Source of the DNA: Acidobacteriota bacterium
Lineage (GTDB): Bacteria; Acidobacteriota; UBA6911; RPQK01; JAJDTT01
Assembly (NCBI GenBank): GCA_965217775.1
Contig: CBDCJH010000002.1
Location: forward strand, 3,360,001-3,424,000
Length of the DNA stretch: 64,000 bases
Direction: 5' to 3'
This document shows, in pieces, positions 18,580 to 28,247 of this stretch. The notes below the pieces were generated by a model that was not told the origin of the DNA, searched no databases, and saw only the letters and a program-made list of their open reading frames with translations. A program made the translations under genes and the position numbers. Each line of letters opens with the position of its first letter. Positions within the stretch are counted from its first letter, which is position 1.

Positions 18580-21459
18580 TCAGGGGCGGTAGTCGACCCA
18601 GACCGGCGACCCCCAGGCCATCTCTCCGTCTTCCTGGATCACGCGAAGATAGTAGTAGCTCTCCCCCGGCTCGGAGGCTCCGTCCGCGTACTGGAATTCG
18701 ACTTCCCTCTTGTCCGGCGCCGCAGAGTAGACGATCCGGTTGTCCTTGATGACGTCCACGCGGCGGATGGGCTTTGTGCCCAGCAGATTGGCCTGGATTC
18801 GGATCGGCGTCGCGCTCTTGAATGCCTCCCCCATCAGGTGCTCTCCGTCCGATCCGAGGAATCGGACATCCAGGATGATGTTGTCGGTGGCGGCGTAGGC
18901 CCGCCGGGCTCGGATAGCCTCCAGGAGCCCCTCCGGCGTCAGCTCCTCGGCCAGGAGGCAGGCGTAGCTGATGTGGGTGGAGAGGTGATCCGAGGAGGCG
19001 ATGAAGCCCAGCTTGTAGCCCTTCTCCAGCGCGCTCCAGGCCGTGCCCAGCCGCCGAAAGGGTCGATTGTCCTGCTCCAGAGTGGAACTGGGCTGAACCG
19101 TCATGGGCTGGGGGGCACCCGGATACTCGTAGGTCTCCCGCATTCCCTGGAAGATCTCCAGCAGGTGCTCGACCTTGGGATCGTTGTCGCGCCAGTCGGT
19201 ACCGGACCCGGTCGCCATGGTGTGGGGGATGGAGGTCCCGTTCTTCCGGCGGAGGTGCCAAAAGAGCCGCTCAGCCCCCTCCAGCCCCAGGTGCTCGGCG
19301 GTCTCGATGGGGAGGATCGAGGTTCCGCGGCGAATGAAGAAGACGTTGCGGTGGCCGTTGGGGAATTCGAGGCTCCGCTCGTAACCGTAGAAAGCGGCGA
19401 AGTTCTCCAGTTGGAAGAGGTCGGCGACCTTCTGGTTCCGCCACCAGTTGTAAGGTTCAACGATCTCGTGGTTGTGGTCCGTGACCCCCAGGAAGTCCAT
19501 CCCCGCCGCATCCCGGGCGTATCGATAGGCGTCGACGAGGGAGCCGTCCCCCCCGCCGTCCAGGGAGATGTCCGTATGGCGGTGCAGGTCTCCCCTGTAG
19601 ATGGCGTAGGTCCGCCCTCGGGAATGGATGCGGTAGGACCGGATTCGCTCCAGATCCCCGGGCTCGTCCGGATGGGCCGGTTCGAAGGGTTCGACCGCTG
19701 GAAGCTGGAGGGGAGACAACTCGATCGGGGCGGATTCTCCCTGGCCCAACACCCCCACCATGACCTGACCATGGTTTGCCAGATAAGACTTGGTGGTCCG
19801 ATTGTCGGTGGGCCATGCGGCCCAGACGCGCCCGTCGGGGTCCAGGGCGGACACCGGCATCATGTCGTTCCGGCCAGCGCTTTTGAAGAGTGTGGCAGGA
19901 CGAGTCCACCGGGACCCGTCGTATCGCAGGCAGGCGATCACCCAGGCGGCGAAGTAGCGCCCCCGGCCCTCGGCCTGGCGCATCGTCAGGCGCCGGACCA
20001 GCAGCCAGGGATGACCCGACGCATCCAACTGGAGATGGGGCATCTCCCATTTCCCCTCCCCCAGGTGAACGGCGGGATCCTGAAGGGTGGTCATCCACTT
20101 GCCGTCGGCCAGACACGCGATCCGCAGCGTCCGGGTCTCATAGAGCTCCGTTCCCTTGGACTGGCCGCTTTGATCGACGAGCCGCCCCGTATCCTTGCCC
20201 CACTGAGGACCCGACTCGTGCCAGGCGATCCAGACCCGCCCCCGGCCGTCCATGGCCACCGTGGCGCCGGCCTCGAAGCGAGGCGTTGCGGCCACCCTCC
20301 GGACTTCCTGCCACCGGCCCGACCGCCGCAGCCTGAGATAGACGTCGTAGTTGCCGGAAGCGTAGCCATCCCAGGCCACGGCCAAATCACCACCGGGACC
20401 CGCGGCCACCGAAGGCCACCAGTTGTTTCCCCCAGCGGCCGGACCCTCACTGATGCGGACCTCCCGGCCCCAGCGTCGGCCGTCGAAGTCCTGGGCCACG
20501 ATCTGGGTCACGCCGTCAATGGTCCTCTGCCAGACCAGCCAGAGCCTGCCCTCCGAATCCGTGACGGCGCGGTGGTAAACGTCGGGACTCGGATGATCGG
20601 TGAGCCGCTGGCGGGCCGACCATCGCCGCCCATCGAAATTCTTCGCGTACAGGTCCCAATTCCCCTCCACCTGTACGGACCAGACGACCCAAACCCGGCC
20701 TCTCGAATCTTCGGCCAGCGCCGTTCGGAAGGCGTCAACGCCGGCATCCAAGAGATGGACCGGGCCCCAGCCCGACTCGCCCCGGGACCGGGCCAGCACC
20801 AGGTCCGCCTCCCCCTCGACGTATTCCTGCCACGCGGCCCAGAGCGTGCCTGATCGGGTCGCCGTCAATGACGGGTAGTCCTGGATGTCGAAGCGCTCTG
20901 AGGCCAGAGGGGACGAAGGCGGGACCGCTTCCACCAGGACGGCTCCCTCCAAAAACGTCTCGGATTGAAATAGCCGGATGCCCCCCGGCCGAAAACTGAA
21001 CGCTCCCTTCTCCGTCTCGATCCGGATGGGCGGGTCTCCCGGATTCTGCAGGACGTTGACGATGACGCTGGGATGGCGCAGCGTGCTTTCGCCTCTTCGC
21101 ATCCAGCTCATGCGGGTGGCCGCCACCCAGCCCAGCTTCCCCTTGATCTGATCGTTGGGGAGTTGCGGATCGGCGTCGACCGAGTGGATGCTGTCGAGGA
21201 AGCTGTGGCGGTAGATGTTGGCCCGGAACTCGTCCGATTTCAGCTCGAGCTTCTGTCCCGGGACCGGGACCAGCCTGCCGCTCCAGATTCCGGGTTCTTC
21301 GTCGAGGAGCCCCAGCCGGACCCGGAAGGAGGATTCGGGGAGCAGAACCTCAGTCGACTGGGGCGGCGGAGTGCCGGCGGGCCGGCATTGGGACAACCCG
21401 ATGGCCAATACCAGCACTCCGAGGCCCGATAACGAGAACGACACGCGTCCGACTGCCAT
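18580..21459 (-). CDS. large secreted protein: beta-propeller repeats plus C-terminal PHP-like (DUF3604/CehA-McbA-type) metallohydrolase domain
   Basis: GDLHRHT, VTDHN, GHRNV, IPH, SSDH, YYYLRVIQEDGEMAWGSPVW. Confidence 0.7.
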   Translation of the reverse strand: MAVGRVSFSLSGLGVLVLAIGLSQCRPAGTPPPQSTEVLLPESSFRVRLGLLDEEPGIWSGRLVPVPGQKLELKSDEFRANIYRHSFLDSIHSVDADPQLPNDQIKGKLGWVAATRMSWMRRGESTLRHPSVIVNVLQNPGDPPIRIETEKGAFSFRPGGIRLFQSETFLEGAVLVEAVPPSSPLASERFDIQDYPSLTATRSGTLWAAWQEYVEGEADLVLARSRGESGWGPVHLLDAGVDAFRTALAEDSRGRVWVVWSVQVEGNWDLYAKNFDGRRWSARQRLTDHPSPDVYHRAVTDSEGRLWLVWQRTIDGVTQIVAQDFDGRRWGREVRISEGPAAGGNNWWPSVAAGPGGDLAVAWDGYASGNYDVYLRLRRSGRWQEVRRVAATPRFEAGATVAMDGRGRVWIAWHESGPQWGKDTGRLVDQSGQSKGTELYETRTLRIACLADGKWMTTLQDPAVHLGEGKWEMPHLQLDASGHPWLLVRRLTMRQAEGRGRYFAAWVIACLRYDGSRWTRPATLFKSAGRNDMMPVSALDPDGRVWAAWPTDNRTTKSYLANHGQVMVGVLGQGESAPIELSPLQLPAVEPFEPAHPDEPGDLERIRSYRIHSRGRTYAIYRGDLHRHTDISLDGGGDGSLVDAYRYARDAAGMDFLGVTDHNHEIVEPYNWWRNQKVADLFQLENFAAFYGYERSLEFPNGHRNVFFIRRGTSILPIETAEHLGLEGAERLFWHLRRKNGTSIPHTMATGSGTDWRDNDPKVEHLLEIFQGMRETYEYPGAPQPMTVQPSSTLEQDNRPFRRLGTAWSALEKGYKLGFIASSDHLSTHISYACLLAEELTPEGLLEAIRARRAYAATDNIILDVRFLGSDGEHLMGEAFKSATPIRIQANLLGTKPIRRVDVIKDNRIVYSAAPDKREVEFQYADGASEPGESYYYLRVIQEDGEMAWGSPVWVDYRP

Positions 21460-21589
21460 GCAGGATCCTCCGAAAAAGGTGGTGATCTGGCCAGTCTCAA
21501 CAATAACAGCCGAGTGGGACTGTCCAGTGGATCGGAGATCGAGCGGATGTTCGGCAGGCTTTCTTGTGCCGGCACCCGGTACGCCGGAA

Positions 21590-23089
21590 TCAATGAAACC
21601 GGAATGCGTACAGATGAGCGTCGCGGAGGCGCACTCGCAAACGAACCGGACGGACGGCCCAAGGGGACAGGTCGGCCTGGGGGTCCCAGCGGACGTCCCC
21701 TCCGGTTCGATCCCCGACGATTCTGGGACAGTCGTTCATGCCCGCGCCTGGTAGCGGGGCTCGGGTTTCGTCCTGGAGCTCGACCCGCAGGCCGCCACCG
21801 CCACTCGTGCGGTAGTTCAACTCCAACCGGCTGCCCGTGAAGACGATGGGCCGGGTCGTGAACTCACCCCATCCTTCATAGGGGCCTTCCACCGAAACGA
21901 AGCCGTCGCTCCGCAGCGAGCACCGCCGGAGCCGGCATTCCGGCGAGCGGTACAGCTCCGTGTAGTACATGGAGATCTCGTTCCGCCCGGTGGGCACGAC
22001 CCCCTGCCCCATGATGGGATTCCGGTCCACCCAATTGCGTTCGTCGAGACCGGGGCTCAGGAAAGACTTCCGGAGCGGCCGCCGCCAATGCACTCCGTCC
22101 CGGCTGGTGGCCAATTGAACGTCGGAGAGTCCGGTCTGATAAGGCAGGCTCTTGTCGTCCCTGACGTAGAACACCATGGGGAACATGAGAAAACTGCGGG
22201 CCGCCCGGAAATAATTGACGGCGGCGTTGGTGTAGTGATGGAGGTTGGCGGGATCCTTCAGGTCCCGGGCCAACACCAACTCCGGCTCTGACCAGTGGAG
22301 GAAATCCCGGGACTCGCAGCGCCGAATCGCCCGGCGGCCACCTTTGAAACGGGACTTGTCCACTTCGGGCCGGTTGTGGACATAGCGCCGTCCTGCGGGA
22401 TCCCACATTACGGGACCTCCAGTCGAGGTGTCGACGCCGCGCATATGGATCACGTAGCGCCCGTGCTCATCGTCCCACAACAGGGTGTTGTGGCTGTCGA
22501 AGGGTCCCGAGGTGACCAGGGGAGTCTCCCGCACCGGCTTCCAGCGGATACCGTCCGAAGAGACATAACCGGGAAGCCCGCCGGAAGAGGCGATCATCTT
22601 GTAGCGTTCGGGACTTCCCGGCGGCTCGTTGGGGTCCAGGATCTGGCTGGCGTTGTGCAGCTCGGCGCCGCCCAGGATGTTGTTGTCTTGGGAACCTTGG
22701 AACGAGTGGATGCCCAGGTCCGGCTTGGTCCAGCGGATGCCGTCGCCGCTTTCCGCATAACAGGTTCGGCGCCCTGCCCGATAACACATCTGATAGCGGC
22801 CGTCGGAGTGGACGACCGAGCTGTAGTGGATGCCTTCCTCTTCCCAGGGCCGGTCGCTCTCCAGCGCCACTTCCCGGGGAATAGGACGATGCAGCGTGAG
22901 CCGGGTATTCCATGACCGGTCGAACCAGTAGTCGTCCAGAAACAGCTGCCGCCTCGATCCGACGTCGATGGGTCCGGCCCGGCCGGGTACGGCGCTCCGG
23001 CCCGGCAAGAAAGCTCCGGCTCCCAGCGTCAGGCCGCCGACGCCCGTAGACTTCAGCCAACTGCGGCGGGTCCTTCGACGTTGGCTCAT
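21590..23089 (-). CDS. Tat-exported GH32-like beta-propeller protein
   Basis: TRRSWLK twin-arginine signal; VGSRRQLFLDD, YAESGDGIRW.KP.LG, FDSHN, LRSDGFVS. Confidence 0.72.
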   Translation of the reverse strand: MSQRRRTRRSWLKSTGVGGLTLGAGAFLPGRSAVPGRAGPIDVGSRRQLFLDDYWFDRSWNTRLTLHRPIPREVALESDRPWEEEGIHYSSVVHSDGRYQMCYRAGRRTCYAESGDGIRWTKPDLGIHSFQGSQDNNILGGAELHNASQILDPNEPPGSPERYKMIASSGGLPGYVSSDGIRWKPVRETPLVTSGPFDSHNTLLWDDEHGRYVIHMRGVDTSTGGPVMWDPAGRRYVHNRPEVDKSRFKGGRRAIRRCESRDFLHWSEPELVLARDLKDPANLHHYTNAAVNYFRAARSFLMFPMVFYVRDDKSLPYQTGLSDVQLATSRDGVHWRRPLRKSFLSPGLDERNWVDRNPIMGQGVVPTGRNEISMYYTELYRSPECRLRRCSLRSDGFVSVEGPYEGWGEFTTRPIVFTGSRLELNYRTSGGGGLRVELQDETRAPLPGAGMNDCPRIVGDRTGGDVRWDPQADLSPWAVRPVRLRVRLRDAHLYAFRFH

Positions 23090-23407
23090 GAATGCCAGAT
23101 CTTTCTTCCCCCCGGAGTAATCCCCACGGGCGGACGATTCTTCTCGGGCCGGCTGCCGCTGGGAACGCACCCGCAATTCTTTCCTTGGGCCGGTGGGTGT
23201 CCTCGGTGGACGCCAGTGTATATGCCCCCGACTTGACACATCCAGCCAGGCTTCGCCGACCTGCACGCGTATGAGGAACAATTGCGGATTGGGATCGAGA
23301 ACGAACCGGGGAAGAAATAGACTGTCCCCTATTAAGTAGAGAGTGACAGTAGGGAGGCCCGGCAACCGCCCTGGCCGATCGGCACGGTCGAAAGAGAGGA
23401 GAACCCC

Positions 23408-24970
23408 ATGAATCATGCGAGGCTCGTGACCATCATCTGCAGTGTGGGTTGGCTGCTCCCGACTTCCTGTGGGAGCGCGACCGATCCGCCTTCCAGGGGG
23501 CCCAACGTCGTTGTCATCTTCGCCGACGATCTGGGCTACGGTGACATCGGCAGTTTCAACCCCGACTGCCCGTTCCGCACACCCAACCTGGACCGGATGG
23601 CTAGCCAGGGAGCCCAGCTGACCAACTTCTACGTCCCCCTGCCCTACTGCGCGCCTTCACGCGGGACCCTGCTGACGGGCCGCTACCCGTTTCGCCACGG
23701 CGTCGTCTTCAACCCCGCGCCCGATGACGGGCGCTCGGGCTTCGGCCTGCCGTCGTCGGAGGTCACCCTGGCGGAGGTCTTGAAGACCGCCGGCTACGCC
23801 ACGGCGGCCTATGGCAAGTGGCATCTGGGCCACGAAGAGCCGTGGCTCCCCCGCACTCAGGGCTTCGACGAGTATTTCGGCATTCTCTATTCCAACGACA
23901 TGTTTCCGGTACAACTGGTTCGAAACGAGGAGGTGGTGGAATACCCCGTGGTGCAGGCCACCCTCACCCGTCGCTACACCGATCTGGCGCTTCGCTTTAT
24001 CGAGAACCACCAGGACCGTCCCTTCTTCCTATATCTGGCCCATGCCATGCCCCACAAGCCTCTGGCGGCGTCCGATGACTTCTACACGCCCGAGAGCAGG
24101 GAGGATCTCTACGCCGATGTGATCGCCGAGCTGGACCACTCGGTGGGCCGGATCCTCCAGAGATTGGACGATCTGGATCTGTCAGAAGACACCCTGGTGA
24201 TCTTCACCTCGGACAACGGCCCCTGGTACGGCGGGTCCACCGGTGGCTTGCGGGGGATGAAGGGAAAGACCTGGGAAGGGGGGTTGCGGGTGCCCCTGAT
24301 CGCTCGCCTTCCCGGTGTCATTCCCCCCGGAGTCGTCAACCCCGAGCCTGCTGGGACCATCGACATACTCCCGACGGTTTGCGGGTTGACCGGAATTCCC
24401 CTGCCGGACGACCGCGTCCTGGACGGCAAGGACATCCTGCCCCAGCTTCGGGACGGGAAGGCCCCGAGCCCCCACGAGGGCATCTATGGAATGAAGGGGG
24501 CGGCTCTGTCCACGATTCGCTCGGGCCCGTGGAAGCTCCATGTTCGAAGCCCGGGTCCCCGGCGATACGCCGATTCGGCGGCGGAGGAGCTGGGGCAGTG
24601 GGTCGACCGCCGGGGTCCGGACGGAGTCACGATCCTGGCTCCCTATGAGCAGCCCAAGCCCGACCAATACCCCGGCTTGACCGGCGGCGACGGACCCGGC
24701 GACGGGATGCTCTTCAACCTCGAGACCGATCCCGGCGAGCAGCATGACGTGTCCGCTCAGCATCCCCAGGTGGTCCAGGATCTGATGACCCGGTTCGAAG
24801 CGATGGCGGCCCAGGTCCCAGGGTTTCAGGGACCACCGCCCCACTACTACCTGTTTGGATCGCCTGCCGAAGGGGAACCGAGACCCTTGATGCGGCTCAT
24901 TGGCGGCGAACTGCGATATGACAGGATCCCCAGGTCGCAGCAGCATCTGTTGGCCACGCAACCAGAATGA
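23408..24970 (+). CDS. sulfatase (arylsulfatase A-like), possible lipoprotein
   Basis: PNVVVIFADD, CAPSRGTLLTG, GKWHLG, SDNG. Confidence 0.92.
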   Translation: MNHARLVTIICSVGWLLPTSCGSATDPPSRGPNVVVIFADDLGYGDIGSFNPDCPFRTPNLDRMASQGAQLTNFYVPLPYCAPSRGTLLTGRYPFRHGVVFNPAPDDGRSGFGLPSSEVTLAEVLKTAGYATAAYGKWHLGHEEPWLPRTQGFDEYFGILYSNDMFPVQLVRNEEVVEYPVVQATLTRRYTDLALRFIENHQDRPFFLYLAHAMPHKPLAASDDFYTPESREDLYADVIAELDHSVGRILQRLDDLDLSEDTLVIFTSDNGPWYGGSTGGLRGMKGKTWEGGLRVPLIARLPGVIPPGVVNPEPAGTIDILPTVCGLTGIPLPDDRVLDGKDILPQLRDGKAPSPHEGIYGMKGAALSTIRSGPWKLHVRSPGPRRYADSAAEELGQWVDRRGPDGVTILAPYEQPKPDQYPGLTGGDGPGDGMLFNLETDPGEQHDVSAQHPQVVQDLMTRFEAMAAQVPGFQGPPPHYYLFGSPAEGEPRPLMRLIGGELRYDRIPRSQQHLLATQPE

Positions 24971-25344
24971 TGCGCCGTTCTCGGTTGCCGGCGCCACCAC
25001 TCGGCCCGGTCGTGGATCCCACCCGGCGGGGTTTTTCTTGATCGGAATATCGTCGAAGGATTGGCGGTGACCTTCACGCGTAGCGGTAGAAGGAGACGGT
25101 AGAAACAGACTGTCCCCTTTTCATCCCCTTTTCATTTTCCCACTTCAGGCATTTCCCCATTTCTTGTCGAAATCTCCCGGGCACAGGCTGTGCGATAATC
25201 ACGCCCGTCGTTGAGAAATGTGGGTCAGTTTCGAAGTCTTGCAAAAACCGGCAAAGAAATTCAATCGCAAGCCAAGAGAGACGACTTCTCAGGTCCCGAG
25301 CACGAAAGTCACCTCACACGAACGTGGTGAAGGGCAACACCATA

Positions 25345-26475
25345 ATGGACAGAATGCACGCCAGGATTGACTACTTTCGGATTGAGGGGTTCCGCTCACT
25401 GGCCAAGGTGGAGATCAAGGATTTTCCGCAGGTGGCCGTCATGATCGGCGCCAACGGATCCGGAAAATCCAACGTCATCCGTTTCTTCGAGATGTTGAGC
25501 TGGATGCTCCGGTCCTCCAGGTTGGCTGACTTCGTCCAGATGCAGGGAGGAGCGGACGACCAGCTCTTCGGAGGGCGGCGGCGCACGCGGCATATGGAGG
25601 CCGAAATTCATCTTGCCACCGAATCGGGGCGCAATGACTATCGCTTTGTGCTGGCGCACGCTCACCCGGACCGGCTCATGTTTCTCGACGAAGCATACCG
25701 ATACAGTAGCGCCGAATTGGAATCACGCGCGGATTGGCAACGGTTGGGTAGCGGCCACACCGAGGCGAAGATCGTAGCCACGGCTCAAGGGCGGTTCCCG
25801 AGAGATCGGAAAACCGCGTCGGTGGTGGTCAACCTGTTGCGCAATTGCTCTACCTATCAGTTCCATGACACCTCCGACGACTCCCGCTTCAAACAGTCGT
25901 GGGACGCGACCGACGATAGCTTTCTACGTGGACATGGGGGCAATTTGGCCGCGGTTCTCCACCGGTTGGAAACGGAAGACGTTGGGAGGTTTCTACTCAT
26001 TTGTCGGCATATCGGCCGCGTGCTGCCGGGTTTCGACCGCTTCGTTCTGGAAAAGCAGTACCAAAAGGTCTCACTTCGATGGAAAGCCAGGAATTCTGAA
26101 CAGACGTACGGCGCCCATCTCACCTCCGATGGTTCGTTACGGTTCTTTGCGTTGGCCACCTTGCTCAATCTTCCGCCGGAAATGCTTCCCGACGTGATTC
26201 TACTCGACGAACCCGAGCTTGGGCTGCATCCGACGGCTATCGAACTGGTGGCTGAAATGGTGAAGGTCGTGAGCCGCCGCCAGCAGGTGATAATTGCAAC
26301 ACAGTCCCCTTTGCTCGTCGACGCGTTTGGTCTGGATCGCGTGATCGTTGTTGAATCGCAAGAAGGCGCGACTGTGCTTCGAGGACTCGACCCCGCCCAG
26401 TATGCATCATGGCTCGATCAGGACTACTCGCCCGGAAGATTGTGGACGAAAAACCTGCTCGGAGGATGTCCGTGA
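25345..26475 (+). CDS. ABC-type ATPase (AAA_21/AAA_15 family)
   Basis: IEGFRS, Walker A GANGSGKS, signature SDGSLR, Walker B LLDEPELGLHP, ATQSP. Confidence 0.9.
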   Translation: MDRMHARIDYFRIEGFRSLAKVEIKDFPQVAVMIGANGSGKSNVIRFFEMLSWMLRSSRLADFVQMQGGADDQLFGGRRRTRHMEAEIHLATESGRNDYRFVLAHAHPDRLMFLDEAYRYSSAELESRADWQRLGSGHTEAKIVATAQGRFPRDRKTASVVVNLLRNCSTYQFHDTSDDSRFKQSWDATDDSFLRGHGGNLAAVLHRLETEDVGRFLLICRHIGRVLPGFDRFVLEKQYQKVSLRWKARNSEQTYGAHLTSDGSLRFFALATLLNLPPEMLPDVILLDEPELGLHPTAIELVAEMVKVVSRRQQVIIATQSPLLVDAFGLDRVIVVESQEGATVLRGLDPAQYASWLDQDYSPGRLWTKNLLGGCP

Positions 26476-27101
26476 GCCGCCTCGGAATTGTGGTCGAAGG
26501 ACCGACAGAGGTGGAGTTCGTCAAACGTGTTTTGGCGAGATGTCTCTTCCGCCAAACTATCGCCGCAGTTCCAGTTTCAATGGATGGTGACGTCAAGATA
26601 AGACGTTTGGCCCGTGAAATGGCGAACCTGTTCTGGAACTTTGACTATGTTTCTTCGTTTGTGGATTTTTACGGCTTCCGGGATAAGGAATCGATGTCCG
26701 TCGATGAGTTGGAGGGGGCGGTCGGTGAAGCCGTCAAAGAGCAGATTGGCAGATCCTTCGACGAGTCTAAAATCTTCGTTTACGTGCAGCGCCATGAGTT
26801 CGAAGGAATCTTGTTCTCGGATGTCGATGGGTTTAGAGGAGTGGGGCTGGACATTAATCAAATCCACATCAGGCAGCTCCGGCATATCCGTGAACAGTTC
26901 CCTACGCCCGAAGACATCAACGACGAGAACCACACGGCGCCGAGCAAGAGACTGGGCGCGTTACTTCCGAATTTCAGAAAACGCCTGCACGGCCCCTTGG
27001 TTGCAGAGACCATCGGGCTTCCGAAGATCAGCGCGGAATGTCCCCGTTTCGCAGGTTGGCTCCGTCGTCTTGAGCGGTTGCCGCAGACCCAACGACGTTG
27101 A
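26472..27101 (+). CDS. DUF4276 family protein (TOPRIM-like)
   Basis: VVEGPTE, FVDFYG, HEFEGILFSD, PEDIND, APSKRL, CPRFAGW; GTGA overlap with the ATPase stop. Confidence 0.85.
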   Translation: MSRLGIVVEGPTEVEFVKRVLARCLFRQTIAAVPVSMDGDVKIRRLAREMANLFWNFDYVSSFVDFYGFRDKESMSVDELEGAVGEAVKEQIGRSFDESKIFVYVQRHEFEGILFSDVDGFRGVGLDINQIHIRQLRHIREQFPTPEDINDENHTAPSKRLGALLPNFRKRLHGPLVAETIGLPKISAECPRFAGWLRRLERLPQTQRR

Positions 27102-27209
27102 GGACGGTTCAGGAGGTGATCACCCGAAGAGAAGGGGACAGTCACCAGTTTGTGGTCACCAGTTTGTGTCTCGTGCGTCTCGTGTCTCGAACCGGAGGTA
27201 GAGAACCGA

Positions 27210-28232
27210 ATGTCGAGATGTAATCCATTCTTGCTGTTGCTCCTGGCCGCATCCCTGGCCGCCGGCTGCGGGGCCCCGGATGCCCAACTGGTCTCGGTCC
27301 GGAAGATCTGGGACCGGGCTCCCCATAGCGCCTTCACCGACCTGGTCCGCTTCCAGGACCGCTGGTTCTGCACTTTTCGGGAAGGAGAAAGTCACGTTTC
27401 CTCCGACGGAACCATCCGGATCATCACCTCGGCGGACGGGGAAACGTGGTCCTCCATTGCCCACTTTCCTCGAGAACCGGGACAGGATCTGAGGGACCCC
27501 AAGCTGGAAGTGACCCCGGACGGGCGTCTCATGGCGCTGGCCCTGGACCGGCGGGATCTGGCCGAGGACCACCTGGAGTTTTACTCGCTGGTCTGGTTTT
27601 CCCGGGACGGGACGGAATGGAGCACCCCTCAGCGGGTGGCCGACCCCGACTTTCTGCTCTGGCGGGTCACTTGGCATCAAGGGACGGCCTACGGCGGAGC
27701 ATATGCCGACCACCGGGCCGCCGGCCACCGCCCCAACCAGAACGAGTTCGTCCGGCTTTACAAGAGCGAAGATGGCTTGCAGTTCGAGACTCTGGTGCCC
27801 GTCCTTTTCAATCGCGGGTCTCCCAACGAAACCGCCATCGTGTTCCGGGCCGATGGAACCGCTGTCTGCCTTTTGCGGCGCGACGGGGAGGACAACACCG
27901 CCCAGATCGGAACCTCGCAGCCGTCGTACACACAATGGAATTGGAAGGATCTGAACGTGGTCATCGGCGGACCCGACCTCCTGGTCCTTCCGGATGGCCG
28001 CCTGGTGGCGTCGGGCCGCCAGCACCGTTCCGACGGCGAGCGCCGGACCCTCCTCTGGTGGATAGACCCGGAGGCAGCGACGGCAACCAAGATTCTGGAG
28101 TTGCCGTCAGGGGGAGACACCAGCTACGCCGGAATGGTCCTGTACGAGGGGCTACTCTGGATCAGCTACTACTCAACCCACGAAGAGAAGACCAGCATCT
28201 ACCTGGCCAAGGTGGCCCTGCCCGGCGTTTGA
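27210..28232 (+). CDS. exo-alpha-sialidase/BNR-repeat lipoprotein
   Basis: Lipobox LAAGC; HSAFTDL, SADGETW and SRDGTEW Asp-boxes, GGDTSYAG. Confidence 0.75.
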   Translation: MSRCNPFLLLLLAASLAAGCGAPDAQLVSVRKIWDRAPHSAFTDLVRFQDRWFCTFREGESHVSSDGTIRIITSADGETWSSIAHFPREPGQDLRDPKLEVTPDGRLMALALDRRDLAEDHLEFYSLVWFSRDGTEWSTPQRVADPDFLLWRVTWHQGTAYGGAYADHRAAGHRPNQNEFVRLYKSEDGLQFETLVPVLFNRGSPNETAIVFRADGTAVCLLRRDGEDNTAQIGTSQPSYTQWNWKDLNVVIGGPDLLVLPDGRLVASGRQHRSDGERRTLLWWIDPEAATATKILELPSGGDTSYAGMVLYEGLLWISYYSTHEEKTSIYLAKVALPGV

Positions 28233-28247
28233 GTTCTTTCTCCCACC

